A stretch of 62,896 nucleotides of DNA, filler included, from Vannella sp. (taxonomy: Eukaryota), in assembly GCA_023345925.1 (NCBI GenBank). It is 5 parts of 5 records of this genome, joined end to end, with 100 filler letters (N's around TTAATTAATTAA, not from the genome) between each part and the next. Parts side by side here need not be neighbours in the genome. Positions count along the whole stretch, not along the records: positions 41,878 to 59,305 come from JAJQQN010000453.1; positions 59,406 to 62,896 come from JAJQQN010000344.1; 3 more parts are not named here. The stretch is one strand, 5' to 3'. The notes below the pieces were generated by a model, which saw nothing but the letters and a program-made list of their open reading frames with translations, ran no database searches and was not told the DNA's origin. Position numbers and translations under genes: made by a program. Shown one piece after another: positions 46,688 through 59,422 of this stretch; the first letter of the stretch is position 1; each line of letters starts with the position of its first letter.

Positions 46688-49684
46688 TCACTCATGCTGC
46701 ACCAGGGTCTCTTGCCTCGGGTCAACAGTTGAGATTGGTTTGTGGGAAGAGCTGGGACATAGTAAAGCAAATTTGCATGATTTGCAAGTGAGGGTCTCAG
46801 GAGATGCGTGGAATCGTTTTGAGTGGAATGCTTGGTCAAGTAGGGAGACTAAATGGTCCATTCGTTGATATATTCTGTCTGAGGGGCTGATTATTTGCCG
46901 ATTGTCAGGATGGTACTGAGAGATAACCACCTCCCGAGGCCGGATTCCGTGAATCCTCTCACAAAGATACAAGTAAAGCTCCACCTGGAAGCGACTGGAA
47001 CGAGCACCATAGTCACTTAGTTTGTCATTCATTATAACAGCCTCTGTAGCCGATGGTCTGGATCCAACAGCTGCATCAGCTCCAACAAAAGTGATATCTC
47101 CATCACAGAATTGGAGTGCCAAAGTGGGTGAGGGACTGAGCATTGGCCTTTCGGTTGAAGCAAACTTTTTGATTCCCTCCAAAACCTGGCTTAATTGATC
47201 CTCCAGAGATATGTTATCCAGACCACTGGACCGAGACGTGTATCCATCAGATATCTGACACGCATGCCGGACAAGAATGGAATCATTTAGGAGCAGAGAC
47301 TCGCCCTCTTTGCTACAATCCAACCAGAAACTGTTCTGGAATAGAGTCGGACAAGCAAGTCTCAATAGAATCCCCAGATGAGAGAAATTGGCTTTGGACT
47401 TTCGTAATCCAGCACTCACTTTCAAAGTATGCCTTGTGGGATGCAATTTGTGGAGAACGTACTTCAAAGGGCATCTTTCCAAAGTGCGAATAGTATGATA
47501 ACTGATACTAGGTGCATGAGGCCCGCTACTCTGGGTGCTCTGGTGAGTAAACTTGACTGAATCAGGCTTGAATAGTGCGCTTGCACTCGGAGAATCCTCC
47601 AAGCTGCTTTCCATATCGTCAGCAGGAGAAGCCACAGAAATAGCCTGATGGGGAATCCAAGGAGAAGGAGATTGTCCTTTCTGAAAAGAAAAGTGAATGG
47701 AGGAGTTCGCGCGAGTGAGAGCCGCACGCAAGAGCGCTGCTTCGCCATTCTGTGGTTCTTGCCATTGTAAAGTCTGTTCAGGGATGAATCGTTGCAAAGG
47801 ATTCTGGGACCATGAAAGTGGGTAATTTGATGCTGTAAAGGAAGGTAGGAACACATGCTTAGCTGTTGCACCCTCCATAAGAGCTCGATGGATTGTCATT
47901 ACACGAATTCTCTCCGAGTCTTCATCTTCCCAACGGACTGTCTTGTCCTGGTTACTGCAGCGGAGACCGTGAAGCTTCTGTATGACCGAATGCCCCGTTA
48001 TATTTGGCTGATCCTCCAAACTTCGAATAATTCGGATAACTCGAGAAACGTTTTGGAACTCAGAGTTTGATGACAGCGGAGACGCCAAGTGCTCATCCAG
48101 TTGCAGTGATTTGCACAAGTTGTCAGATATCACATGAATAGGTTCTTGTTCTGCTAAAGCTCTGCGTCCAGAAGTAAGAAGTTGCAAAAAGCTGTCCAGA
48201 CGAGATTTGTCGGTTTCAGATACTCCCGTAGAGAAGCTGCATAATCGATTCTCAATCCAGCTCTGAGGTTCTTTGTAGACGCCCTTAATCATAGAGAGAT
48301 CAACGCATTCAGAAACCAAAGAGTCGAGAAGCTCACTTGAAATAGCAAATGGAGAGGGAGCCGTTAGCATGTCCCAGTACAGCTTTGGGCTAGAATTTGT
48401 TATGAGGAGACAAAGATAGGAGACAAGAATCCGTGCCAAAGGAACATCAAATAGACGTTCACCACTGCTTTGTGTCGGCACTCCGCATGCTTCAAGCTCT
48501 TCACAGGTCATTTTAACCTCGTTGTTGGTCCGTAGGAGAACCAAAATCTCTTCATCAGAGACACCAGATCCAATCTGAGAAGCAATACTATTTGAGAGTC
48601 CTTGTGCCTCCTTTGGAAAGCAAAAAACAGGGAGCTGCTCAGAATATTGTTGGAAGACACGTTGACGCAACTCCTCAGAGCGAGAAAGGCTATCCACAAC
48701 GTCTGAGATAGAGCTCTGGACGTAATGCTTTTCGAACAGCTCCTGAATGACCGGAGGACGCGAATACATGTCTTGAAGAAATTGGGAAGCGGATTCCGCG
48801 GTTAAAGTTGACTGGAAAGAAGAACCCAAGCGAAGGGAGTCGTCACAAGTGATTGTAAGACTACTTATGTGACAAGCTACCTCGTTTTTGATAAGACTGC
48901 CGAGAAGAGAGAGGTGCTCTTGGCTGAAAAACTGCAAGTCATCCACTAGCAAGTGAGATCCGAGGCCGCACCACTCTCGTAGGTGTGCCATTGAACTTGA
49001 TTCAGACAGGAGTAACTCCTCTAAAGATCTCCTTAGATGTGGGACACATGAGGTGGAAGAGAGAAGCACGCGGGAAGGTCCATCCCGAACGATTGACAGA
49101 AACCCTCCGTAGAATTCGGCTAGCTCCTCACTTGTACACTTGCCCTTTGCTCCTTTGTCATTTATACATGCTGCCACTTGTTCCACACTGACTCCAATGC
49201 TCTCTAAGTGAGCAAAGTAACGGATAAGTGGCGAAGGAGGCAATCGTTGAAGGGATCTTCCAGGATAAAGACCTTCTAGACCAGCAAACACTTCTGTTGC
49301 CTCCATACTACGGTAAGAGAACCGGTCAGAGAACTCTTTGTTCATATTCCTCAACAAACGAGCCGCAAAGCCCTCGAAGGTGACTATCTGGCAACTATCG
49401 TAAGGAGTAAACGGAGTAGCAGCATTGATTTGCATCTCTAGCTTTCGACCAGCAACAGGCGAAGGTAACAACACCGTTATCGCCGAAGGCGCCACACCCT
49501 CCTCGTTGATCAAGTGCAGGATCCGTTCTCGAAGCAAAGTGGTCTTCCCGGTTCCAGTTGGACCTGATATCACTCGCCCCTCCTCCAGCACTCCACTCCC
49601 CATAGCTCTCTTTAACACCAAAGTCCCAAAGCCACCAAGCGATCGCGCACCCTCCCAAAGCAAAGGTCGAGGCCGCCGCCACAT
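46688..49684 (-). CDS. UvrD/SF1A helicase fused to an Fe-S PD-(D/E)xK nuclease (AdnA/AddA-B-like), putative mitochondrial
   Basis: GPTGTGKT, TFEGFA, LLVDDLQ, VLLRTN, VMTIH, ALTRA; nuclease ISY..LERCPLKY..D..K..FQVELY..CKSCKFALLC; intronless 998 aa. Confidence 0.8.
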   Translation of the reverse strand: MWRRPRPLLWEGARSLGGFGTLVLKRAMGSGVLEEGRVISGPTGTGKTTLLRERILHLINEEGVAPSAITVLLPSPVAGRKLEMQINAATPFTPYDSCQIVTFEGFAARLLRNMNKEFSDRFSYRSMEATEVFAGLEGLYPGRSLQRLPPSPLIRYFAHLESIGVSVEQVAACINDKGAKGKCTSEELAEFYGGFLSIVRDGPSRVLLSSTSCVPHLRRSLEELLLSESSSMAHLREWCGLGSHLLVDDLQFFSQEHLSLLGSLIKNEVACHISSLTITCDDSLRLGSSFQSTLTAESASQFLQDMYSRPPVIQELFEKHYVQSSISDVVDSLSRSEELRQRVFQQYSEQLPVFCFPKEAQGLSNSIASQIGSGVSDEEILVLLRTNNEVKMTCEELEACGVPTQSSGERLFDVPLARILVSYLCLLITNSSPKLYWDMLTAPSPFAISSELLDSLVSECVDLSMIKGVYKEPQSWIENRLCSFSTGVSETDKSRLDSFLQLLTSGRRALAEQEPIHVISDNLCKSLQLDEHLASPLSSNSEFQNVSRVIRIIRSLEDQPNITGHSVIQKLHGLRCSNQDKTVRWEDEDSERIRVMTIHRALMEGATAKHVFLPSFTASNYPLSWSQNPLQRFIPEQTLQWQEPQNGEAALLRAALTRANSSIHFSFQKGQSPSPWIPHQAISVASPADDMESSLEDSPSASALFKPDSVKFTHQSTQSSGPHAPSISYHTIRTLERCPLKYVLHKLHPTRHTLKVSAGLRKSKANFSHLGILLRLACPTLFQNSFWLDCSKEGESLLLNDSILVRHACQISDGYTSRSSGLDNISLEDQLSQVLEGIKKFASTERPMLSPSPTLALQFCDGDITFVGADAAVGSRPSATEAVIMNDKLSDYGARSSRFQVELYLYLCERIHGIRPREVVISQYHPDNRQIISPSDRIYQRMDHLVSLLDQAFHSKRFHASPETLTCKSCKFALLCPSSSHKPISTVDPRQETLVQHE

Positions 49685-49797
49685 GGTGAGGAAGAAATGG
49701 ATCGCATGGGAGGCTTTTCCCGCCTTCTCAAGCGCGTTTAGCGTGGTTTGAGGAGGAGAAGGAGTTTATAAGTCTGTTCACTTGATTCAGCAATCGT

Positions 49798-51500
49798 TCA
49801 AAGGGATGCCGGACGGTCCTGGAGGATGCCGAAGAGTTGGAGGAGCAACATGACTCCGTATCCCGTTGCCCTTTCGCCCTTGCTGACAGGGTAGGCCATG
49901 TCTACGTGAATCCAAGTGTTGGTGTACTCCTTCATGTGAGCTGCAATGAATTGAGCAGCACAGGACGACTGGGCGTTGGCTCGGTTGGCCACTGAGTTCT
50001 TCATATCAGCTACGGAGCTTCTGAACTCGTTCATGAAGAGCTCAGGGCAGTAGAGTAACGGGTGGCAGAGGTCACCTGTCTTCTTTCCAGCCAGCACGGC
50101 GGATTGCTCGATCTCATCTTGGTTGCAGACGATAGCCGCGTGAATCTCACCTGTAGAGATTCCCTGGGCACCTGTGAGTGTGCACATGTCAAGGATAACA
50201 TCCACGCCAAGGTGCTTGGATACGTAGGCCACCCCATCCCCCAAGACAAGGCGCCCTTCTGCGTCTGTGTTGTTAATCTCCACAGTCAGTCCGCTGTACA
50301 TCGTGTGAATGTCATCAGGACGAGCTGCTAGTGGTCCAATAGCGTTCTCTGCCAAACAGAGGACAGCATAGACTGTCTTGGAGCTCCCAAGCAAGCAGGT
50401 AGCTCGGAAGGCCTCGAGAATGGCAGCAGCTCCTCCCATGTCGCGCTTCATTCCTGGCATACCAACAGGCGTCTTCAAGGAGAGACCGCCAGTATCGTAA
50501 ACGATACCTTTGCCTACCCAAGCGACAGATCCTCCAGATCCGCTCTTTGGCTCGTACTTGAGAACGACAAGAGCTGGCGGTCGGGAAGCTGCCTTGCCAA
50601 CGCCGTAAATGCCGCCAAAGCCCTCTTTGGCAAGGTCCTCACCAACACAGCACTTGACAAGACTGACAGTTCCTTCGACATTGCTATCGTGCTCCATCTC
50701 CTCTACCAGGCGCTTGGCCCGTTCCACCATGCCGTCTGTGTGGCACTCGTTGCAGGGTTGGTCCACTAACGAAGCTGCTTGTCGTACAGCCTCTGCAGAG
50801 ACACTCAATTGACGGAGGAAGGTTGCGTCCTTCTCCTGGCTCCAGCAGAAGGCGTCACGAGCGGCGCTGAAGAAGGAAACCTGAACAACGACCTGCTCAG
50901 CATCGTTGGCGGACGCTTTCCTTGAGTACAAGGGCAAAGAGCGGGCCAAAGCAGCAGAGAACGATGCAGCACTGTTCTCCTCAGAGAACTTGTCGTTCCC
51001 AGGCGCAAGGACGAAGACCAGCTGGACCAAAGTCATCGTAAGAGCTCCCTCCACTTGCTCGTTCTCAGAGGTCAAGAGACCTGGAAGCTTGTCAAACACA
51101 ACGTCTGGACGCGTGGGGCTGTTATGACGAGAAGCTACTGATGGTACACACAGAAGGGAGACTCGCGCGAAGTTCTCTCCTTCAGAACCGAGAGGCAACA
51201 GCGTTGAGCAAACATTTCCTCTGAATGCGCTGCAAGGCTTGCGCAACAAGCTCTTCAGGTACGATGGAACGCTTACTTCTTGAGGTAACACCTTTTGAAG
51301 GACTGCTGCAGCCTTCTCTTCCAAGAGAGCCTCCGCCCCACACAGCACTGGCGTCCCTCCCCGTCAGTGCACGGCCCACATCACTCCAAAGCCATACCAA
51401 TCGCTCTATTCAGTCCAAAGCTTGCTTGCGCAGCTCTGCTAAGCCCTACAGGCACACCCTCCTCCCAAGAGGGACCTCCAACGAACTTCAAAGAGCTCAT
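49798..51500 (-). CDS. NPEPL1: M17 leucyl aminopeptidase, NPEPL1-type
   Basis: VGKGIVYDTGGLSLK, MKRDMGGAA, NTDAEGRLVL, DMCTLTGAQG, ADMKNSV; first exon from 51500 with intron gtatgg..ccag. Confidence 0.92.
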
Positions 51501-51549
51501 TCAGAATGCATCAAAATGGCTCATCATAAATGCAAGCAAATGGGAGTAA

Positions 51550-54500
51550 ATGACGGAAAGTCCTTGTCGCATTGTTTGCTCTCGCTTCCCCTTTTGCATG
51601 GATCCCCGCCCTGCCGTCAATGTTGACTGGCGGGGAGAAGCTGATTTGATAGAAGCCTCTATACGAGACATCAAGAGACCTCTGAGGAGTGTTGCTGGCA
51701 AGTTACCAGAACTTGTTGGAGGAGAGTTTGGTCCCTCGCACAACCCAGAAGCCCTCAAGATGTACCACAACGGTCTCCAGAACCGATACTACAACATCGA
51801 CTTGAGTCAGTTGGGCTCTTACTTCAACTTGACCAGGGAACTGCGAGATCTCGCCCTGCTTTCGAAGCGCTGCGGTTACGGGTTGGTGGATGATGGCATC
51901 GTGGCTGACCTCTTTGCAGTGAAAGAACTCTCTGATGTGATGAAAGAGGGGATTTATCTTGATTTGTTTGCCCTCTTGCAAGCCCTTAAGGACTCTTTGC
52001 CTTCAACAATCGACCTCACGAAGAGTGAGGCTCAAGAGAGCACCCAGCATCTCATGGATCGCTTTTCCGACGAACTCCGCAAGTCTATTGGTGGTTGGAG
52101 CTTACGTTGCTGTTCGAGAGAAGTTAACCCAGCCAAGCCAAAAGAACAAGATCCGTTCGAAGGGATCCTTCGTCCTCGTGGAGGTACAGAGGATCAAATG
52201 GCAAATCTCACTCCTGGAGAACAAGCGAAGATCATCATTGAACACTTCGAAAAGGCTTGCAGCCAGACCAAGCACGCAGAATTCACCGAAGAGCTGGAGT
52301 TCGTTATTTTTGCCGCTCTGAGCCAATTTTCTCTTCAAAGCAAGGGCATTGCTGGAATGATGCTTCGTCGTGTTCGGGAGGAGTCAATTGATCTTGCTAA
52401 GCGCCACAAAAAGTTCCAAACAGCGTTCATTGGTGCAATGTCACTTTTGGGGGAGTCTCTGTCTCTAAGTGAGATTAACACGATCATCCGCGTTGACCCT
52501 AAACTTCTGCTGGACCCAAATCAAGCTCAAGACAAGCCTTTAGAGCGCGAAATATACCACAGAGTGATCGAGAGGCGGATGAGAGTCCATAGGGTTGGAC
52601 TGAACACCGATGAGCCAACCGCAGAAGATTTGGGGCTGCTTATCAAATCTGAGCCAGAGTCATGGCCTCTCTTTTTGTGCTGGTTTGTCGAACAAATTGC
52701 ATTGCTCAAAGCGTTTCCCCTTCGGAAGGAAGAAGAGGACAACTGGAAGAAACTCGAGTTGCACTTCTCAATGGCAAAACAACTTTATGAGTTGGCAAGT
52801 GGCTCTTTTGATACCGCTCAGTGCAGTGTCCACTTAATTCGTACGTGCGTTGCTGCCCAAAGTGTTGTGTTCGAGCAGTCTTGGAAAGCTCTTGGATTGC
52901 CACGCGCCAACGATACTATTTTGAAGCTGAACAAGGAGATTAAGTCTCGAGAATTGGAAGCTCAAAACCTCAGTTTGGTCACTCAAAAGTACCTCACACA
53001 TGTCCACAAACTGTCTCAGGAGATCGACAAAGCATGGGACAGCTGGACACTCCATGAGCTCCGAGTATTTTTCGGTCATTGTCTGCCGAGCCAACTCGGC
53101 TCTTCTCGTTTACAACCTCTACACCCACACTTAGTAAAGTCTCTGAAATGGGGCACGCTATTGGTGAAGAGTGCACTTTTTGAGCTTATTTGGAGTGAGC
53201 AGCCAGGAGACAATAATGTGAGTAAACTGATCACCGTTTCTCGTGCCTGGCAAAAAGAGTTTGAGGACCTGAAAACCAGCCGCACGGCCTTCAGTCGTTT
53301 GCAGGTGATGGCACCGATTCTATGCTCGGAGAATGAGTGCTCACTGTTTGCTCAAACTGCCCCTGGATTCAAGAATGGGACTGACCCTGAATGGACAATA
53401 CTCCCTCTTGACGAAGTCAAGAAAGACAAGGAGTTCTTCTCGGAGGTGGCAAATGATTTCGTTCACCTAAAAAATGTTGTCGGAGCTATTAATGGAATTA
53501 TTCGCACTCTGAAGTGCTTGAAGATCTTCATTGTGCCTTCGGGTATTCACACCCTTAAAGCAGCGTTGGCCTCTGCAGAAACCATTGATACCATCTTCCG
53601 TGCTGAAGTGTTCAACGAGAAGATCGTTGAAGAAATGCTATCACGTTTTGTGGAGCATTCCAACATGCTTCATCCTTGCTTGGTCACTACAAGTCCAGAA
53701 TTGTTCGAAGCAATTGTGGAATGTATGCCTGTTCTTAATTGGCTCCGAGATCTCCCGGACGACGGAGACTTTGTGAGCAGCATTGAAGAAGCAATGGGAA
53801 AGTCCGAAATGGATTGCCCTGTCGAACTCTGGCAAGATCCAACGGATGGAGCACCAGGCCGCGTGGATGAGCAAAAGCTTTCAATGCTGAGTGCCGTCCG
53901 TGGATACTTACACGATCTGATTTACCGGCGGGCTGACCGCTTGGATTTACTCTCTTCTGTTGTTGAAATACTGTCCCAACTCCGAGCAACTGATGACAAC
54001 ATCATCAAAAGCTTACGTATTGCCAACGAATATTGTGTGCCACTCCGCGATCTGATCGATAGTCGGAGTCAAACTGGAGCTCCCGACCGGTTGTTGTTGC
54101 TTTTCAAACCAGAGCGAGAGACAAAATGGATTTGCAAGAACGCTCCTGGTAGTGCCAGTACCGAGATTCAGTTGCAGTGGATCGTTAAACGAGATTCAAT
54201 TGTCTCAATGAAGAGTCAGAACCTCAGTGAGCTGATGGATTTCCAAATTTCCCTTGTTCTTGCAAAGGATGATCTTCCTATTGGTGATCAACAAGGAAAT
54301 TATGTCAAAGAAACTATTGAAAAGTTCATCCAGCAGTTTTGGTGGATTAGAATGTTTGGTGACACTATGTTGGCTCTTCACCAATCTGGGCACTTTGACT
54401 TCCAGAGCTTTGACAAGACGTTCCTCATCAGCATTGACCCAGAAGAAATCAGAAGAGAGAACTCGCTCCATAAGAGTATCTTGGACTCTTGGGAACGAGG

Positions 54501-57500
54501 TGTTACAGAAAATCGTGAAAGATTCTATTTCCTCAACTTCTATTCGATGAGAGACACCTGGAAAGTGGTTTCCGCTATTCGAGCTATTAACGCTGAGAAC
54601 ATCCAAATCTTTGAAGAAGACAGTGAAAACTTTGAGAGTATGCGAGAAACTCTTTGCCTTGTGGACAGTAAAGGTTCCCTCAGTTACGAGGTTGTGACCA
54701 AGTTCATCACTCTGTTCTCCAAGCGTTGGCAGGAGGGTGAGCCCACTGACCACCATTCTGCTATCGAGGCTCTCAAGCTTTGTGGAACGTGCCTTGAGCA
54801 TTGTTTGAAAGACAAGCTGTGTCGAGTTCGCAAAGTAGATGTGCCTGATGTCCTGAAGCATCCAAGCGGTGCAGATATATCCAAAGGTGTCAACCTTCTT
54901 TGTTCTTCCTCCCAACAAGTCTACGATCATATCTTATCAGCGTACTCCCGGATGGGCTACTTGCCTGAGAGAGAGTTGGTGTATGTGTGCCGTCCAACAA
55001 CTGTTTGGGATGATGTCTACACCCTCCTTTTGCGTTGGGCCAAGTCTCATGAACATGGCAGAGAAGGAAAACTTTACTGTCTGGCAGGAATTGAGGATCT
55101 TTCATTGGAGTTGCAGAGGAAAGCAGCGACAATCATCAGAGAGAACTTGAGTAAAGCAAAAAATCCTCTCTTGATCATCTCTGGTAAAGCGGACAAGCAG
55201 CATCTTGTTGCCCAATTTGCTAATTTGAAGACAAGTGTCACCCCACTTCCTTTAAGAACTTTGCGCAGCGTGTCTGAAGAGCTTTCTAGGAAACACTCGA
55301 AGGGGATTACATCACACACATCTGTTCGAGCAGGGGCCGGAAAGACATTTAATATCCGATCAGGCGCCTCTGAATCTTCCTCCTTGTGCGTTTCGGTTGC
55401 AGTGACTCGCGATGATAATGCTCTTAGTCTCATCCAAAGCTCATTGCGCGAACATCAAATCGACACCAAAAAGGATTGTTACCTTCTCCATCTTAACATT
55501 TATGATACTGTTGGTCTCTCACTCAATTCTTTGTTGTTTGATTTGATCTTTCTTGGAGGTACTCAGGACTGCGCCACAGGACACCAATTCTTCTGGAATA
55601 CTGAGCTTGTTGGAATTGCTGTTGAGATTCCAACTGGAGACACAATCGAGAAGCTACCCGTTTGTCAATTGCTTTCTCAGAAAGAGGCAGCAATCACTGC
55701 CGAAACATTCTGCAATTCTGCTACTGCGCTTAAGGCTGGTATGGGATTAGAGGAGTTTGACAGTATTCGCTACAATGGAACACGCATTTCTACCAACACA
55801 CCTAAGCACGGGGATGAAAACGCCCACATGAGGCTTCTGTACGTCTGCACTTGTTTGGGCATTTTGGACTTGAAAGAGGGCCGCTTTTCTTTTGAAGCAT
55901 CATCTGAGAAATCAATCATTGACTCTTTGCGGCAGTCTCCAGAACAGGATCCCAACAACCAGTCAAGTTTTGGCAAGCTTCCTGCTTCTCGGTGTTTCAC
56001 ACTACTCTCGAAAGCTCTTGAGTTGAAGGAGCCGTCACTATGGTGCATTTGGAACTTTGTCAATGTGTTCTTCTGGCAGTTGCGAGACATGCATTCTCCA
56101 GACTCTCCCATACACATTGCATGTATGCCTGATCCAACTGCTGATGAAAAAGGTGAGGATACGATACTCAAGGCCAAATACAGAGGAGAGATAGTGCAAT
56201 ATTTGATCAAGACCGCAAGAGAGCTCTCCACGCGCCAGTTAAAACAGGTTGATGACGCAAATCGAATTGAAGGTATTTGGTGTGAAGGAATGAGAACGCT
56301 AGATTTCAATGGACTGTGGGAACGAATGGAGTGTTCTAATGATGGTCGGCCTGCTTTTCAAAAAAGATATGACTCCAGAGAAAAGATTTATTTGTACTAC
56401 CGCAAGGAGGAAAGTGCCTGGGTCATGGATAACCGAATTCAGCCAACGGGTCCTATCCACAACCGATGCTCCAAAGGAAACAACATTGATGGAATTTGGT
56501 CCAGTAATCCAGATTGGGCTGAGGACTTAAGGATCCACGGCAAAAAAATTAAGCACAAAGACGGCTACGAAGGAGAAGCAGTGGAAATCTCTGGCTGTGA
56601 AAATTTCGGCTCCGTTTCAATTAAGGAGAATGGCGTCTACCTGAAACAACCACCTTACGATGATATCAACGGGAAACCACACTACATCAAAACAATCTCT
56701 GACCAGGAGCAGGAGCGACGGCATCTCTTCTTTGGGAGTGGCTCATATTGGTGTATTTCCCCCATTTGCTCGGAAGAAAAGGGGTTCTTTTGCTATTCAC
56801 TGCAAGTCGAACGTGGTTGGTGCACGAAACCTCCAATCCGAGATGAAGATCGAGCCCGCCTTATTGAGGTTACCAAGGGGGACATGAATCAGTATGTGGA
56901 GGAGAACAAGGGGCAACCCAAACGCAAAACCAAACCCAGAGTTGTTTATTCGCGATGTCCGATACGCAACCGAAATGCTGAGGCTGAATTGGCAACTGCA
57001 CAATCTTCCAGAGATTCGTCCCAGACGTCTTCAATAGAGTCTGAAGATGCAGAGGAAGAGAACATGGAGAGGCTCTGGGATCACACTCTGAAATGGAATG
57101 ATTCGAACCACGAATGTGTTCTATTCTCGAACGAAACTCATGTTGTCAGCTTTCTTTCTCTTGATCCTGAACGTCTCCGTAAAAATATGCAGCCCGATCT
57201 TCGGAAACATTTAAAGAGGAATCGAATCAATGTTGGAGAAGAGTCTTCTGGAGCATTGGATGTCCCCAGCAACCGCTTTCACGAGATTCTCTCGGATCTT
57301 ACGGAAGTAAGACAGAGCGATCGACACGCGGGAATGATTTCGGGAGGCAAATACTGCCTCACCAGAGACAATCTTCTCAAAATGCTGGCTATCTTTGTTC
57401 GACTTAGATGTGGAATACCTGTGGTGCTAATGGGAGAGTGTGGCTGCGGAAAGACCATGCTGATCAAATATTTGTGCGATTGGATGGGTGTGCGACTTCT

Positions 57501-59305
57501 CATTCTCAATGTGGACGGTGGTACTTTGGAAAGTGATATCAAAGGCGTTTTTGATCAGGCACATGAACTTATCAAAGCCGAAAAGAAGGTTTTCGTATTC
57601 CTTGATGAGATCAACACATGTGCTCACATGGGTTTGATGACTGAAGTCATATGCCATCGTAGCCTGTTCGGGAAACGTCTTTCAGATAGTATTTATGTCC
57701 TCGCTGCTCTTAATCCGTATCGAAAGCGCCTCAATTTAGTTAATACTCCTGGGCTTGTCCATCAGCTTCAAGAAGGGGCTGGTGGTGCAATCTCTGACCC
57801 AATGTCCCAGTTGGTGTATCGGGTCCACCCAATTCCTCGCACTCTTCGAGACTTCATCTTCGACTTTGGAGCGCTCACTCCCGCCAATGAGAAGATGTAC
57901 ATTGGCTCAATGGTCCGCGATAAGCTTGCTTCGGTCTCATTGCCAATCATCAATCACATTGCCAATCTTATTCACTGTTCTCAAGAGTTCATCCGAAAGG
58001 TTGAGAAAGATGACAGTTCCGCGAGTCTCAGAGATGTTCAGCGCTGCCTATTCCTTATCAATTGGTTCATGGAAAGTTCATTAGTTCAACACGAGGGCAG
58101 TGATCAAGAGGGACTCACTCCTCTTTCATGTTCCACAACGCTCGCATTAGCCTTTGCTTACTTTTTCCGTCTTGGTGACAATGAGGACCGCATCGCCTAC
58201 TGGAAGTCGCTCCAATCTGATCAAATTAACACCTGGGACAATCAAGAAGGCTTCTCACCGTTGAGAAGAGAAGGCGCTTTCTTGAAAGTGGTTCAGCAAT
58301 TCCAACGGTCTATTAGCATAAGTGTGGATGTTGAGCCTGACATAGCAATGAACGAGGCTCTGATGGAGAATCTGTTTGTGACTATCATTTGCATCCTCAC
58401 CCGCATTCCTGTATTTGTGGTCGGAAAGCCCGGAAGCAGCAAGACGCTCACTATGCAAGTGATTTCCTCTAACTTGCAGGGCAAACAGAGTCCCCGCCCG
58501 TTCTGGAGAAAGTACCCGGCAGTGTACATCTTCCAGTACCAGTGCTCGCCCATGTCCGATTCACATTCGATCCAAAACCAATTCGACATGGCAGTTCGGT
58601 ATCAAGAGTACACTGAAAACACCATCACAGTTCTGCTCCTCGACGAAGTTGGCTTGGCAGAGCATTCTCCAGACATGCCACTCAAAGTCCTCCATGCCAT
58701 GCTGGTTGATCCTCCCATCTCAATTGTTGGGCTCTCCAACTGGGTACTCGATCCTGCCAAGATGAATCGGGCCATTCTTCTTCAACGGACAGAGCCATCT
58801 CAAGCGGACATCCAACTTACTGGACAAAGTATCCCCAAACTTGAATCAAGCCAAGATGAAGATGATTTGGAGAAATACCAACTTTATCTTGCTAGAGCCT
58901 TTCACAGCATCTACACCCAACAGAAGGGGCGAAACTTTGTGGGAATGCGTGATTACTACAGTTTGATCAAACTGCTCCGTAAAAGATTAACTGAATGGCC
59001 CTCAAAGCTCACCCCAATAATTCTCACCAGTTCGTTGTGCCGCAACTTTGGCGGAAATCGTGATCTGAAGCGCGTCCTACAAACTTTCCACGAAGAGTGC
59101 TCTCTTCAGAGTGCTCTCTTCAGCTCCATCAATGATCTTGCTTTGCCAAAAGTCGCTGATCTCATAAGAGCTAACCTCGGTGCTGCACCGAGGTTAGCTC
59201 GCCACCTTATGATTCTCACAAAGAACAGCGCTGCTCTCTCCATCATGTTTGGGAGCAGTTTGCTGGGTAAGAGCCCTGTTAAGGTGCTTGTTGGCAGTGA
59301 GTTCC
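51550..59305 (+). CDS. RNF213/mysterin-like giant dynein-type AAA+ protein; 3'-partial, intronless
   Basis: >2580 aa; AGAGKT..LLHLNI; CGIPVVLMGECGCGKT..FLDEINT..LVYRVHPIP; IPVFVVGKPGSSKT..LLDEVGLAE..GLSNWVLDPAKMNR; GMRDYYSLIK, RNFGG, RHLMILT. Confidence 0.88.
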
Positions 59306-59405
59306 NNNNNNNNNNNNNNNNNNNNNNNNNNNNNNNNNNNNNNNNNNNNTTAATTAATTAANNNNNNNNNNNNNNNNNNNNNNNNNNNNNNNNNNNNNNN
59401 NNNNN
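59306..59405. other. Artificial contig linker
   Basis: N44-TTAATTAATTAA-N44. Confidence 0.98.
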
Positions 59406-59422
59406 ACTTTTTCTTTTGTCTG

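Noticed and set aside
46688..49684. Bacterial contamination, or Cas4/CRISPR adaptation gene
   Set aside because: Contiguous with intron-bearing eukaryotic genes, and the Fe-S nuclease is fused to a UvrD helicase with no cas context.
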